From: Macrostomum lignano
Lineage: Eukaryota
Reading direction: 5' to 3'
NCBI GenBank assembly: GCA_002269645.1
Contig: NIVC01001893.1
Coordinates: 59,070-123,069 of the forward strand
Length of the DNA: 64,000 nucleotides
A model generated the notes under the pieces. That model had not been told where the DNA came from and made no database searches. It saw only the letters and a list, made by a program, of their open reading frames with translations. A program made the position numbers and the translations under genes. Numbering within the stretch: position 1 is the stretch's first letter; the number at the start of each line of letters is the position of its first letter. Shown piece after piece: positions 38,837 through 59,871 of the stretch.

Positions 38837-39759
38837 GAATTCAGCAGACAAAAAAGCTTCGAAAAAAAGTAGAAAAGATGGACAGGAAAACTGGGAAAAA
38901 ATGAAGCATAGCAACCATTTCTACCATTCATAGGAATCCACAGCACGCCCTTCCACACTGTAAGCGACTGCTGCAGCGGCAAAATAGATCTCCCCAGTTC
39001 TCACTTACTTCCTCGCTCTCCCTCTACACTCTCTTCCCCTTTCCTGTGCCTGCCTCGATCGCTTCCCTAGCCCACTATCTATTGTCTGGCACACAGACAC
39101 TGCCTGCGCAGCGGGGGGGGGGGGGTTGGGGAGGTGGGGGAAGGATTTTGGGATCGATTTTAACAGAGCGGGCAACTGTATGAGGCGTCGATATTCCCTG
39201 AGGCTATTAAGACCAACAAGCCCCTCACCCCATATAATTGCTACGCTTCGTGTAGCTTCTTAGTAAGGATTGAGAAAGAAAAAAGCAGAATTAGGAAGCT
39301 GCGAAAGTGGTATTACCAATGCTGCCGCTCGACATCAGGCGTTACACTGCATTGTACCATATACATATTTGCCCAAGCTTGTCCATAGACTATTTTTATT
39401 TTCTTTAGCATGAAATTCGGAATGGCTTTAAAACAGAGTTTTGGCCATAGACAGCTTGTTGTCTATCAACTACATCCTTATACTGTAACCTGCCACAGAT
39501 TGGCCCGAGAGGAGAAAAAGGTCATGGGCACTTGGATGTACCTTTGGCGGTTGGTCTAAGTCACTCCATATTCCTTTGTAAAAGGCTAGGACTATGGGGA
39601 ACATCATCCCGGATCAGAAAAGATGTCTTAAAGCAACTTCTGACTATTTACAAGGGCCAATAACTCATGTGCCCTGCAACATGCGGCCGACGAAGCCTCT
39701 CTATCCGGCCCTCGGGTATTTTGAAACTTCACAATAGCAATCCGGCCCGCTCAGGGTTT

Positions 39760-40290
39760 GTCTCCTCTCTCCCTTCTTCTCTCTTCGTTCCCCTTCCCCT
39801 CTCTTCTCCTCTCTTCCCTCTCCTCTCTCTCCCCTCTCCTCTCCTCTTTAACTCTCCCCTCTCCTCTCTCAGCCTTTCTTCTCCTCTCTCCCCTCTCACA
39901 CCCTTCTCCTCTCACCCCCTTCTCCTCTCACCCCCTTCTCCTCTCACCCCCTTCTCCTCTCACCCCTTCTCCTCTCACCCCCTTCTCCTCTCACCCCCTT
40001 CTCCTCTCACCCCTTCTCCTCTCACCCCCTTCTCCTCTCACCCCCTTCTCCTCTCACCCCCTTCTCCTCTCACCCCCTTCTCCTCTCACCCCCTTCTCCT
40101 CTCACCCTCTTCTCCTCTCACCCCCTTCTCCTCTCACCCCCTTCTCCTCTCACCCCCTTCTCCTCTCACCCTCTTCTCCTCTCACTCCCTTCTCCTCTCA
40201 CCTCCTTCTCCTCTTACCCCCTTCTCCTCTCACCCTTATTCTCTCCTCCCACCCCCCTTTTCTCTCCAGCTCATCTTATCTTCTCTCTCC
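39760..40290. repeat. Pyrimidine-rich repeat (CCCCTTCTCCTCTCA-type)
   Basis: Tandem CT-rich units. Confidence 0.92.
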
Positions 40291-40799
40291 TCTATACTAG
40301 TACTCCACCATACCTGTCTCACCCACGCCCATAGTCATGAGCTAGATTCTTTATCTGGCCCTTGGTCTAAAAGAAAGTATTGCCAAACCCTTAGCGTAAG
40401 AGTAGTTGAGAACAGGAGTCAATTAAACTGGGTTTCGGGACACTGGTTTATACCGAGTCAATGTCAACTACGTATTTTTTTAATTCTACTGCTTTTACAC
40501 CGCAGTTTCTCCTCACAGCCAGGTATAGGAAGGCAGAGTGGATTTAGAGTGCCCTAATCCCACTCTTAAATCCCGTCCAGCCATGGTATAGCTGGGCCGG
40601 CATTTGCGGGAACCGGGAGAGGATATATTGAGAAATGATGAAAATTGAGTAGTTGAAAGAGCAAGATACTCCCATGGGAGCTTAAAATGTTAAGAGTGAA
40701 ATGCGAGGGCTGTATCAAATCAGAGTACCTGACAGCTTTACAATAGTTTAAGATCTTAAAGTATAAAAGACTGAAAAACAACCTCCTGTAAACTGCACC

Positions 40800-43335
40800 A
40801 GAGATTCAGTCTCAGAGTCCGGAGTCTATAAGATTTCATCTATCTCCTAATGCAGACTCTATATAGATCTTATTTATCTCCTAAGACTATGGATCTCATC
40901 TTATCTCCTAATGCAAGAGTCTATAGATTTCATCTATCTCTTAATTCAAGAGTCTATAGATCTAATATGTATCCTAATGTAGAGTCTACAGGTCTCATCT
41001 ATTTCCTTATGCAGAGTCTATAGATTCCAATAACCCAATCTGTGGACACTATAGATCCCAAGAACCCAATATATAGACACTGTAGATCCCAAGAACCCAA
41101 TATATAGACACTATAGATCCCAATAACCCAATCTATAGACAACATAGATTCCAAAAACCCAATCTATAGACACCATAGATTCCAATAACCCAATCTATAG
41201 ACACTATAGATCCCAATAACCCAATCTATAGACATTAAAGATTCCAATAACCCAATCTATAGACACTATAGATCCCAATAACCCAATCTATAGACACCAT
41301 AGATCCCAATAACCCAATCTATAGACACCATAGATCCCCTATAACCCAATCTATAGACACTATAGATCCCAATAACCCAATCTATAGACACTATAGATCC
41401 CAATAACCCAATCTATAGACACTATAGATCCCAATAACCCAATCTGTGGACACTATAGATCCCAATAACCCAATCTATAGACACTATAGATCCCAATAAC
41501 CCAATCTGTGGACACTATAGATCCCAATAACCCAATCTGTGGACACTATAGATCCCAAGAACCCAATCTATAGACACTATAGATCCCAATAACCCAATCT
41601 ATAGACACCATTAGTTTCCAATGACCCAATCTATAGACACTATAGATTCCAAAACCCAATCTATAGACACCATAGATTCCAATAACCCAATCTATAGACA
41701 CCATAGATTCCAATAACCCAATCTATAGACATTATAGATTCCAATAACCCAATCTATAGACACCATAGATCCCCTATAACCCAATCTATAGACACTATAG
41801 ATCCCAATAACCCAATCTATAGACACTATAGATCCCAATAACCCAATATATAGACACCATTAGATTCCAATAACCCAATATATAGACACCATTAGATTCC
41901 AATAACCCAATCTATAGACACCATAGATCCCAATAACCCAATATATAGACACCATTAGATTCCAATAACCCAATATATAGACACCATTAGATTCCAATAA
42001 CCCAATCTATAGACACCATTAGTTTCCAATGACCCAATCTATAGACACCATTAGATTCCAATAACCCAATATATAGACACCATTAGATTCCAATAACCCA
42101 ATATATAGACACCATTAGATTCCAATAACCCAATATATAGACACCATTAGATTCCAATAACCCAATCTATAGACACCATTAGATTCCAATAACCCAATCT
42201 ATAGACACCATTAGATTCCAATAACCCAATATATAGACACCATTAGATCCCAATAACCCAATCTATAGACACCATTAGTTTCCAATGACCCAATCTATAG
42301 ACACTATAGATCCCAATAACCCAATCTATAGACACTATAGATCCCAATAACCCAATCTATAGACACTATAGATCCCAATAACCCAATATATAGACACCAT
42401 TAGATTCCAATGACCCAATCTATAGACACCATAGATCCCAATAACCCAATCTATAGACACTATAGATCCCAATAACCCAATATATAGACACTATAGATCC
42501 CAATAACCCAATCTGTGGACACTATAGATCCCAATAACCCAATCTGTGGACACTATAGATCCCAAGAACCCAATCTATAGACACTATAGATCCCAATAAC
42601 CCAATCTATAGACACCATTAGTTTCCAATGACCCAATCTATAGACACTATAGATCCCAATAACCCAATCTATAGACAGCATTAGATTCCAATAACCCAAT
42701 CTATAGACACTATAGATCCCAATAACCCAATCTGTGGACACTATAGATCCCAATAACCCAATCTATAGACACCATTAGTTTCCAATGACCCAATCTATAG
42801 ACACTATAGATTCCAATAACCCAATCTATAGACACCATAGATTCCAATAACCCAATCTATAGACACCATAGATTCCAATAACCCAATCTATAGACATTAT
42901 AGATTCCAATAACCCAATCTATAGACACCATAGATCCCCTATAACCCAATCTATAGACACCATAGATCCCAATAACCCAATCTATAGACACCATAGATCC
43001 CAATAACCCAATATATAGACACCATTAGATTCCAATAACCCAATATATAGACACCATTAGATTCCAATAACCCAATCTATAGACACCATTAGTTTCCAAT
43101 GACCCAATCTATAGACACTATAGATTCCAATAACCCAATCTATAGACACCATAGATCCCAATAACCCAATCTATAGACACCATTAGTTTCCAATAACCCA
43201 ATCTATAGACACCATAGATCCCAATAACCCAATCTATAGACACCATTAGTTTCCAATAACCCAATCTATAGACACCATAGATCCCAATAACCCAATCTAT
43301 AGACACTATAGATCCCAATAACCCAATCTAGAGCG
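40800..43335. repeat. 31-32 bp minisatellite (ATAGATCCCAATAACCCAATCTATAGACAC[T/CATT])
   Basis: ~70 copies from ~41020, with degenerate leading units from 40800. Confidence 0.97.
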
Positions 43336-44546
43336 TATGGATCTAAACCAATACTTATAAAAATATAGCTATTAAAGTCAACTCAAATATTGTTCTGCAT
43401 ATAGCTACTCAGCTGGGAAGACAAGGATGCCAGAAGCAGACAAGGAAAGTGCATCAGCTAGTTTTTTCCCTCAAAGATGGGAAATTCACTATATAAATAC
43501 ATGCATATAGGATAGAAAGAGCTTCAAATTCCGTTTGGTCTGAGCTGTCGATTCAGATTAGGATCAGATCAAACAAATCCCCTACAGAAGTGAAACCTTG
43601 GCGCCTGTTCTAGTCTCTGCTCCTAGAACTTTGGTTGAATCGATTAAATCGATCGTTTTCCTTCGCTCCTGGGAGAGTCTGCACAAGATGAGTGCGATAG
43701 AAGATTAGAGAGACGCGGAGCCATCGATTTCTACTTTTTGAAAAGCTTTTGTAAGAATTTTGAATTGGTGAAAATCCATTAGACATTAATTATTGTGGAA
43801 GATTGAGCTGATGTTGAACACAATGCTTGTGAAGCTCCCCAACTCTTCACTTTATTCCATAAACATTATGTTTATGACTGTTCAACCTACATTGCTAATC
43901 CAGTTCCTATCCTATAAACGTACACCGTAGCCCACTCTGCAACCTTTCAAACACTTTTACACCCTCAAACGCGCCATCCATGCAGCACACCAGCTTCCAC
44001 ACCAGCAACTGTTCGCTTCCCTCAACCTTCATCCCCGCTCTGTCCAGGTCAGTAAAATATGGGAGGAGGAGGAGGAGGAGGGCAAAATGCATTTCTCCTG
44101 CACAGCAACAGCTTTTTGTATACACTTTGCTGGTGTTGCAGCAGAGGAGACTGTCTTTAGGAACCCCAACCGATGTAGTGTGTACATTGTCCAGCGCCTC
44201 CTGTACCTTAGCACAGTTTCCTCTCTTCTGTAAGCAACATTTTCCACTTTCTACCATACTGTTGCTTCCTTTTTGCTTTGGCTTGTAAATAAATGCTCGT
44301 ACTGTTGATTTATCTTCCCATTTTCGACACGTAAAAATAAATCCCTGGTCCTTGGCTCTCTGGAGCAAAAATCCGGAGTGCGAATTAGAAGGTGCCGAAA
44401 AAGTCCAAATGTAAAAAAATGGCCATAATATAAAAATAGTCTAATGTCAAAATGTTATATATTCTGAATTCGTCAACCGCAAATTATTTCCCTTGTTGAA
44501 GATTGTTCGAGAGGTCTACACAAAGAATCAAAGTTCTTCGCTGATC

Positions 44547-53378
<8,832 letters not shown>

Positions 53379-53949
53379 TTCTCTTCTCTAAACTGTTGCA
53401 ACAGAGCAAGTATTAATATTTGATATTAACTCCGATTTATCGTCTGTTTGTTTGTCTGTCTTATATTCTGCTGCTTGATTATATTAAAATCTATCCCAAT
53501 ATCTTTTTTCCTTTGTGAATAGAAAATAATAACTAACAAATCCAAGTTCAATTAGAATTCATTTAGAATTGTGATTAACCTTACTGTAGGAATAGTTTAT
53601 AAGCATGCACAATAGCATTGTGCCGCAATTTGCACATAAATCAATATAAATATATTTATTTAATCATTTAAAATTTTCTGTTTGAAGAAATCGGAATTGG
53701 CATACTACGAGTACTACAAGTAGCTGACCGGAGTAATAAAAGACAGTTCACGTATATGCAAAAATGTACCAGAGTAAAATACTTTTTTAAGATTTTTTTT
53801 TACACCAAAAACACAATTTGCTAAGAGAACAAGCATGATTTTGTTACGGAAAACAGATATTATTTTACTGATTCATACGGCAGTAATTCCTGTCCCTAAG
53901 ACAGTAAGAGTAGTATATAATAACTTACGCATCTGAGGTGGTGGTCACG

Positions 53950-56900
53950 CAGCAACTGAGGATCTGGGAGGCTGGCCCAGCAACTGAGGATCTGAGAGGC
54001 TGGCCTAACAACTGAGGATCTGGGAGGCTGGCCCAGCAACTGAGGATCTGGGAGGCTGGCCCAGCAACTGAGGATCTGGGAGGCTGGCCCAGCAACTGAG
54101 GATCTGGGAGGCTGGCCTAGCAACTGAGGATCTGGGAGGCTGGCCCAGCAGCTGAGGATCTGGGAGGCTGGCCTAGCAACTGAGGATCTGGGAGGCTGGC
54201 CCAGCAACTGAGGATGTGGGAGGCTGGCCCAGCAACTGAGGATCTGGGAGGCTGGCCCAGCAACTGAGGATCTGGGAGGCTGGCCTAGCAACTGAGGATG
54301 TGGGAGGCTGGCCCAGCAACTGAGGATCTGGGAGGCTGGCCCAGCAACTGAGGATCTGGGAGGCTGGCCCAGCAACTGAGGATCTGGGAGGCTGGCCCAG
54401 CAACTGAGGATGTGGGAGGCTGGCCCAGCAACTGAAGATCTGGGAGGCTGGCCCAGCAACTGAGGATCTGGGAGGCTGGCCTAGCAACTGAGGATGTGGG
54501 AGGCTGGCCCAGCAACTGAGGATGTGGGAGGCTGGCCCAGCAACTGAGGATCTGGGAGGCTGGCCCAGCAACTGAGGATCTGGGAGGCTGGCCTAGCAAC
54601 TGAGGATCTGGGAGGCTGGCCAGCAACTGAGGATGTGGGAGGCTGGCCCAGCAACTGAGGATCTGGGAGGCTGGCCCAGCAACTGAGGATCTGGGAGGCT
54701 GGCCTAGCAACTGAGGATCTGGGAGGCTGGCCCAGCAACTGAGGATCTGGGAGGCTGGCCCAGCAACTGAGGATCTGGGAGGCTGGCCCAGCAACTGAGG
54801 ATCTGGGAGGCTGGCCCAGCAACTGAGGATCTGGGAGGCTGGCCCAGCAACTGAGGATCTGGGAGGCTGGCCCAGCAACTGAGGATGTGGGAGGCTGGCC
54901 CAGCAACTGAGGATCTGGGAGGCTGGCCCAGCAACTGAGGATCTGGAGGCTGGCCCAGCAACTGAGGATCTGGGAGGCTGGCCCAGCAACTGAGGATCTG
55001 GGAGGCTGGCCCAGCAACTGAGGATCTGGGAGGCTGGCCCAGCAACTGAGGATCTGGGAGGCTGGCCCAGCAACTGAGGATCTGGGAGGCTGGCCCAGCA
55101 ACTGAGGATCTGGGAGGCTGGCCCAGCAACTGAGGATCTGGGAGGCTGGCCCAGCAACTGAGGATCTGGGAGGCTGGCCCAGCAACTGAGGATCTGGGAG
55201 GCTGGCCCAGCAACTGAGGATCTGGGAGGCTGGCCCAGCAACTGAGGATCTGGGAGGCTGGCCCAGCAACTGAGGATCTGGAGGCTGGCCAGCAACTGAG
55301 GATCTGGGAGGCTGGCCCAGCAACTGAGGATCTGGGAGGCTGGCCCAGCAACTGAGGATCTGGGAGGCTGGCCCAGCAGCTGAGGATCTGGGAGGCTGGC
55401 CCAGCAGCTGAGGATCTGGGAGGCTGGCCCAGCAACTGAGGATCTGGGAGGCTGGCCTAGCAACTGAGGATCTGGGAGGCTGGCCCAGCAACTGAGGATC
55501 TGGGAGGCTGGCCTAGCAACTGAGGATCTGGGAGGCTGGCCCAGCAACTGAGGATCTGGGAGGCTGGCTTAGCAGCTGAGGATCTGGGAGGCTGGCCCAG
55601 CAGCTGAGGATCTGGGAGGCTGGCTTAGCAGCTGAGGATCTGGGAGGCTGGCCCAGCAACTGAGGATCTGGGAGGCTGGCCCAGCAGCTGAGGATCTGGG
55701 AGGCTGGCCCAGCAACTGAGGATCTGGGAGGCTGGCCTAGCAACTGAGGATCTGGGAGGCTGGCCCAGCAACTGAGGATCTGGGAGGCTGGCCCAGCAAC
55801 TGAGGATCTGGGAGGCTGGCCCAGCAACTGAGGATCTGGGAGGCTGGCCCAGCAGCTGAGGATCTGGGAGGCTGGCCCAGCAGCTGAGGATCTGGGAGGC
55901 TGGCCCAGCAACTGAGGATCTGGGAGGCTGGCCTAGCAACTGAGGATCTGGGAGGCTGGCCCAGCAACTGAGGATCTGGGAGGCTGGCTTAGCAGCTGAG
56001 GATCTGGGAGGCTGGCCCAGCAGCTGAGGATCTGGGAGGCTGGCTTAGCAGCTGAGGATCTGGGAGGCTGGCCCAGCAACTGAGGATCTGGGAGGCTGGC
56101 CCAGCAGCTGAGGATCTGGGAGGCTGGCCCAGCAACTGAGGATCTGGGAGGCTGGCCTAGCAACTGAGGATCTGGGAGGCTGGCCTAGCAACTGAGGATC
56201 TGGGAGGCTGGCCCAGCAACTGAGGATCTGGGAGGCTGGCCCAGCAGCTGAGGATCTGGGAGCTGGCCCAGCAACTGAGGATCTGGGAGCTGGCCCAGCA
56301 ACTGAGGATCTGGGAGGCTGGCCCAGCAGCTGAGGATCTGGGAGCTGGCCCAGCAACTGAGGATCTGGGAGCTGGCCCAGCAACTGAGGATCTGGGAGGC
56401 TGGCCCAGCAACTGAGGATCTGGGAGCTGGCCCAGCAACTGAGGATCTGGGAGGCTGGCCCAGCAACTGAGGATCTGGGAGGCTGGCCCAGCAACTGAGG
56501 ATCTGGGAGGCTGGCCCAGCAGCTGAGGATCTGGAAGCTGGCCCAGCAACTGAGGATCTGGGAGCTGGCCCAGCAACTGAGGATCTGGGAGGCTGGCCCA
56601 GCAGCTGAGGATCTGGGAGCTGGCCCAGCAACTGAGGATCTGGGAGCTGGCCCAGCAACTGAGGATCTGGGAGGCTGGCCCAGCAACTGAGGATCTGGGA
56701 GCTGGCCCAGTAACTGAGGATCTGGGAGGCTGGCCCAGCAACTGAGGATCTGGGAGGCTGGCCCAGCAACTGAGGATCTGGGAGGCTGGCCCAGCAGCTG
56801 AGGATCTGGGAGGCTGGCCTAGCAACTGAGGATCTGGGAGGCTGGCCTAGCAACTGAGGATCTGGGAGGCTGGCCCAGCAACTGAGGATCTGGGAGGCTG

Positions 56901-59008
56901 GCCCAGCAGCTGAGGATCTGGGAGCTGGCCCAGCAACTGAGGATCTGGGAGGCTGGCCCAGCAGCTGAGGATCTGGGAGGCTGGCCCAGCAACTGAGGAT
57001 CTGGGAGGCTGGCCCAGCAACTGAGGATCTGGAGGCTGGCCCAGCAGCTGAGGATCTGGGAGGCTGGCCCAGCAACTGAGGATCTGGGAGGCTGGCCCAG
57101 CAACTGAGGATCTGGGAGGCTGGCCCAGCAACTGAGGATCTGGGAGGCTGGCCCAGCAACTGAGGATCTGGGAGGCTGGCCCAGCAGCTGAGGATCTGAG
57201 AGGCTGGCCCAGCAACTGAGGATCTGGGAGGCTGGCCCAGCAGCTGAGGATCTGAGAGGCTGGCCCAGCAACTGAGGATCTGGGAGGCTGGCCCAGCAGC
57301 TGAGGATCTGGGAGCTGGCCCAGCAACTGAGGATCTGGGAGGCTGGCCCAGCAGCTGAGGATCTGGGAGGCTGGCCCAGCAACTGAGGATCTGGGAGCTG
57401 GCCCAGCAACTGAGGATCTGGGAGGCTGGCCCAGCAACTGAGGATCTGGGAGGCTGGCCTAGCAACTGAGGATCTGGGAGGCTGGCCAGCAACTGAGGAT
57501 CTGGGAGGCTGGCCTAGCAACTGAGGATCTGGGAGGCTGGCCTAGCAACTGAGGATCTGGGAGGCTGGCCCAGCAACTGAGGATCTGGGAGGCTGGCCCA
57601 GCAACTGAGGATCTGGGAGGCTGGCCTAGCAACTGAGGATCTGGGAGGCTGGCCTAGCAACTGAGGATCTGGGAGGCTGGCCTAGCAACTGAGGATCTGG
57701 GAGGCTGGCCTAGAAACTGAGGATCTGGGAGACTGGCCTAGCAATTGAGGATCTGGGAGCTGGCCCAGCAACTGAGGATCTGGGAGGCTGGCCCAGCAAC
57801 TGAGGATCTGGGAGCTGGCCCAGCAACTGAGGATCTGGGAGGCTGGCCCAGCAACTGAGGATCTGGGAGGCTGGCCCAGCAGCTGAGGATCTGGGAGGCT
57901 GGCCCAGCAACTGAGGATCTGGGAGGCTGGCCCAGCAACTGAGGATCTGGGAGGCTGGCCCAGCAGCTGAGGATCTGGGAGGCTGGCCCAGCAACTGAGG
58001 ATCTGGGAGGCTGGCCCAGCAACTGAGGATCTGGGAGGCTGGCCCAGCAACTGAGGATCTGGGAGGCTGGCCCAGCAACTGAGGATCTGGGAGGCTGGCC
58101 CAGCAGCTGAGGATCTGAGAGGCTGGCCCAGCAACTGAGGATCTGGGAGGCTGGCCCAGCAGCTGAGGATCTGGGAGCTGGCCCAGCAACTGAGGATCTG
58201 GGAGGCTGGCCCAGCAGCTGAGGATCTGGGAGCTGGCCCAGCAGCTGAGGATCTGGGAGCTGGCCCAGCAACTGAGGATCTGGGAGCTGGCCCAGCAGCT
58301 GAGGATCTGGGAGGCTGGCCCAGCAACTGAGGATCTGGGAGGCTGGCCCAGCAACTGAGGATCTGGGAGCTGGCCCAGCAACTGAGGATCTGGGAGGCTG
58401 GCCCAGCAACTGAGGATCTGGGAGGCTGGCCCAGCAACTGAGGATCTGGGAGGCTGGCCCAGCAACTGAGGATCTGGGAGGCTGGCCTAGCAACTGAGGA
58501 TCTGGGAGGCTGGCCTAGCAACTGAGGATCTGGGAGGCTGGCCCAGCAACTGAGGATCTGGGAGGCTGGCCCAGCAACTGAGGATCTGGGAGCTGGCCCA
58601 GCAGCTGAGGATCTGGGAGGCTGGCCCAGCAACTGAGGATCTGGGAGCTGGCCCAGCAACTGAGGATCTGGGAGCTGGCCCAGCAACTGAGGATCTGGGA
58701 GGCTGGCCCAGCAACTGAGGATCTGGGAGCTGGCCCAGCAACTGAGGATCTGGGAGGCTGGCCTAGCAACTGAGGATCTGGGAGGCTGGCCTAGCAACTG
58801 AGGATCTGGGAGGCTGGCCTAGCAACTGAGGATCTGGGAGGCTGGCCCAGCAGCTGAGGATGTGGGAGACTGGCCCAGCAACTGAGGATCTGGGAGGCTG
58901 GCCCAGCAGCTGAGGATCTGGGAGGCTGGCCCAGCAACTGAGGATCTGGGAGGCTGGCCCAGCAACTGAGGATCTGGGAGGCTGGCCCAGCAACTGAAGA
59001 TCTGGGAC
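53950..59008. repeat. 28-bp satellite (GGCCCAGCAACTGAGGATCTGGGAGGCT), ~180 copies
   Basis: 5-kb homogeneous array between the convergent nAChR and nicastrin 3' ends; includes shorter deletion variants. Confidence 0.98.
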
Positions 59009-59499
59009 ACATGATCACTGGAACAGGCAAGAGAATTTCCTCTTGAACTCTTGAATAACGAACGCAAAAGACACACGCCAAAGTTCTCTGCTGTCAGATT
59101 TAACTACAGTTGAGAATTCTATCTCGTGGCAACATGTGTAGAATCACACGAACAGAACTCAGCAAGAGCAACCTGATTAAATAAATAGCAAAAAAGAAGC
59201 CACGGGAGTCCTCTGAATTGATTTCGAGTACCGAAATCGTTCAGTGTTAATCATTTGTAAGAGGGAATCCGGGCTCGTACGTGCCGGTAAAAGTGAAATA
59301 ATTTATGCAAAATTTACAGAAAATTAGTTTATCTAATGCCACCTTAGTAACAAAATTTTACTTGCTGACTCACAGAAGCCAAGTTTAAATTAAACTAAAC
59401 AAATTAAACAGCTTTTTAAAAGGAAAATTCTCACCTGCTGAATAATTAAAATGTCTAACAAAATCTCACTTTTAAAATCAATTTGGATTTTCCAAACAA

Positions 59500-59815
59500 G
59501 CTACAAAATCTCACCCAGAGAACCTGAACCAACCATTTCTCAAAAAAAGCTCCAAAATCTCACCCGTGGACCCATTAGGATTTCAAAAAAGCTCCAAAGT
59601 TTCACCCTTAGACCCATTAGGATTTTTAAAAAGCTACAAAATCTCACCCTTAGACCCATTAGGATTTTTAAAAAGCTACAAAATCTCACCCTTAGACCCA
59701 TTAGGATTTTTAAAAAGCTACAAAATCTCACCCTTAGACCCATTAGGATTTCAAAAAAGCTACAAAATCTCTCCGCAGACCCTATTAGAATTGCAAAAAA
59801 GCTCCAAAATCTCAC
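59500..59815. repeat. 42-bp minisatellite (AAAATCTCACCCTTAGACCCATTAGGATTTTTAAAAAGCTAC)
   Basis: ~7 copies just downstream of the nicastrin stop. Confidence 0.92.
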
Positions 59816-59871
59816 CGAAGAACAAAGCAGGATTAAAAAGCTACTCAAACTGCCTGTTCAACGACAAGAGT

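Noticed and set aside
39665-39750. Possible hAT/Charlie-like subterminal remnant (CAACATGCGGCC...CCGGCCCTCG)
   Set aside because: No partner end or TSD found; too degenerate to call.
43907-44368. 153-aa minus-strand ORF and overlapping plus-strand ORFs upstream of nAChR
   Set aside because: No recognisable motif, includes a GGA repeat, and is open on both strands; more likely non-coding upstream DNA.
53896-59081. Overlapping ORFs with the 28-aa [28 protein letters not shown] repeat, or a CRISPR-like array
   Set aside because: All three frames give the same peptide because 28 is not divisible by 3. Units are contiguous with no unique spacers and there are no cas genes in this eukaryotic locus.
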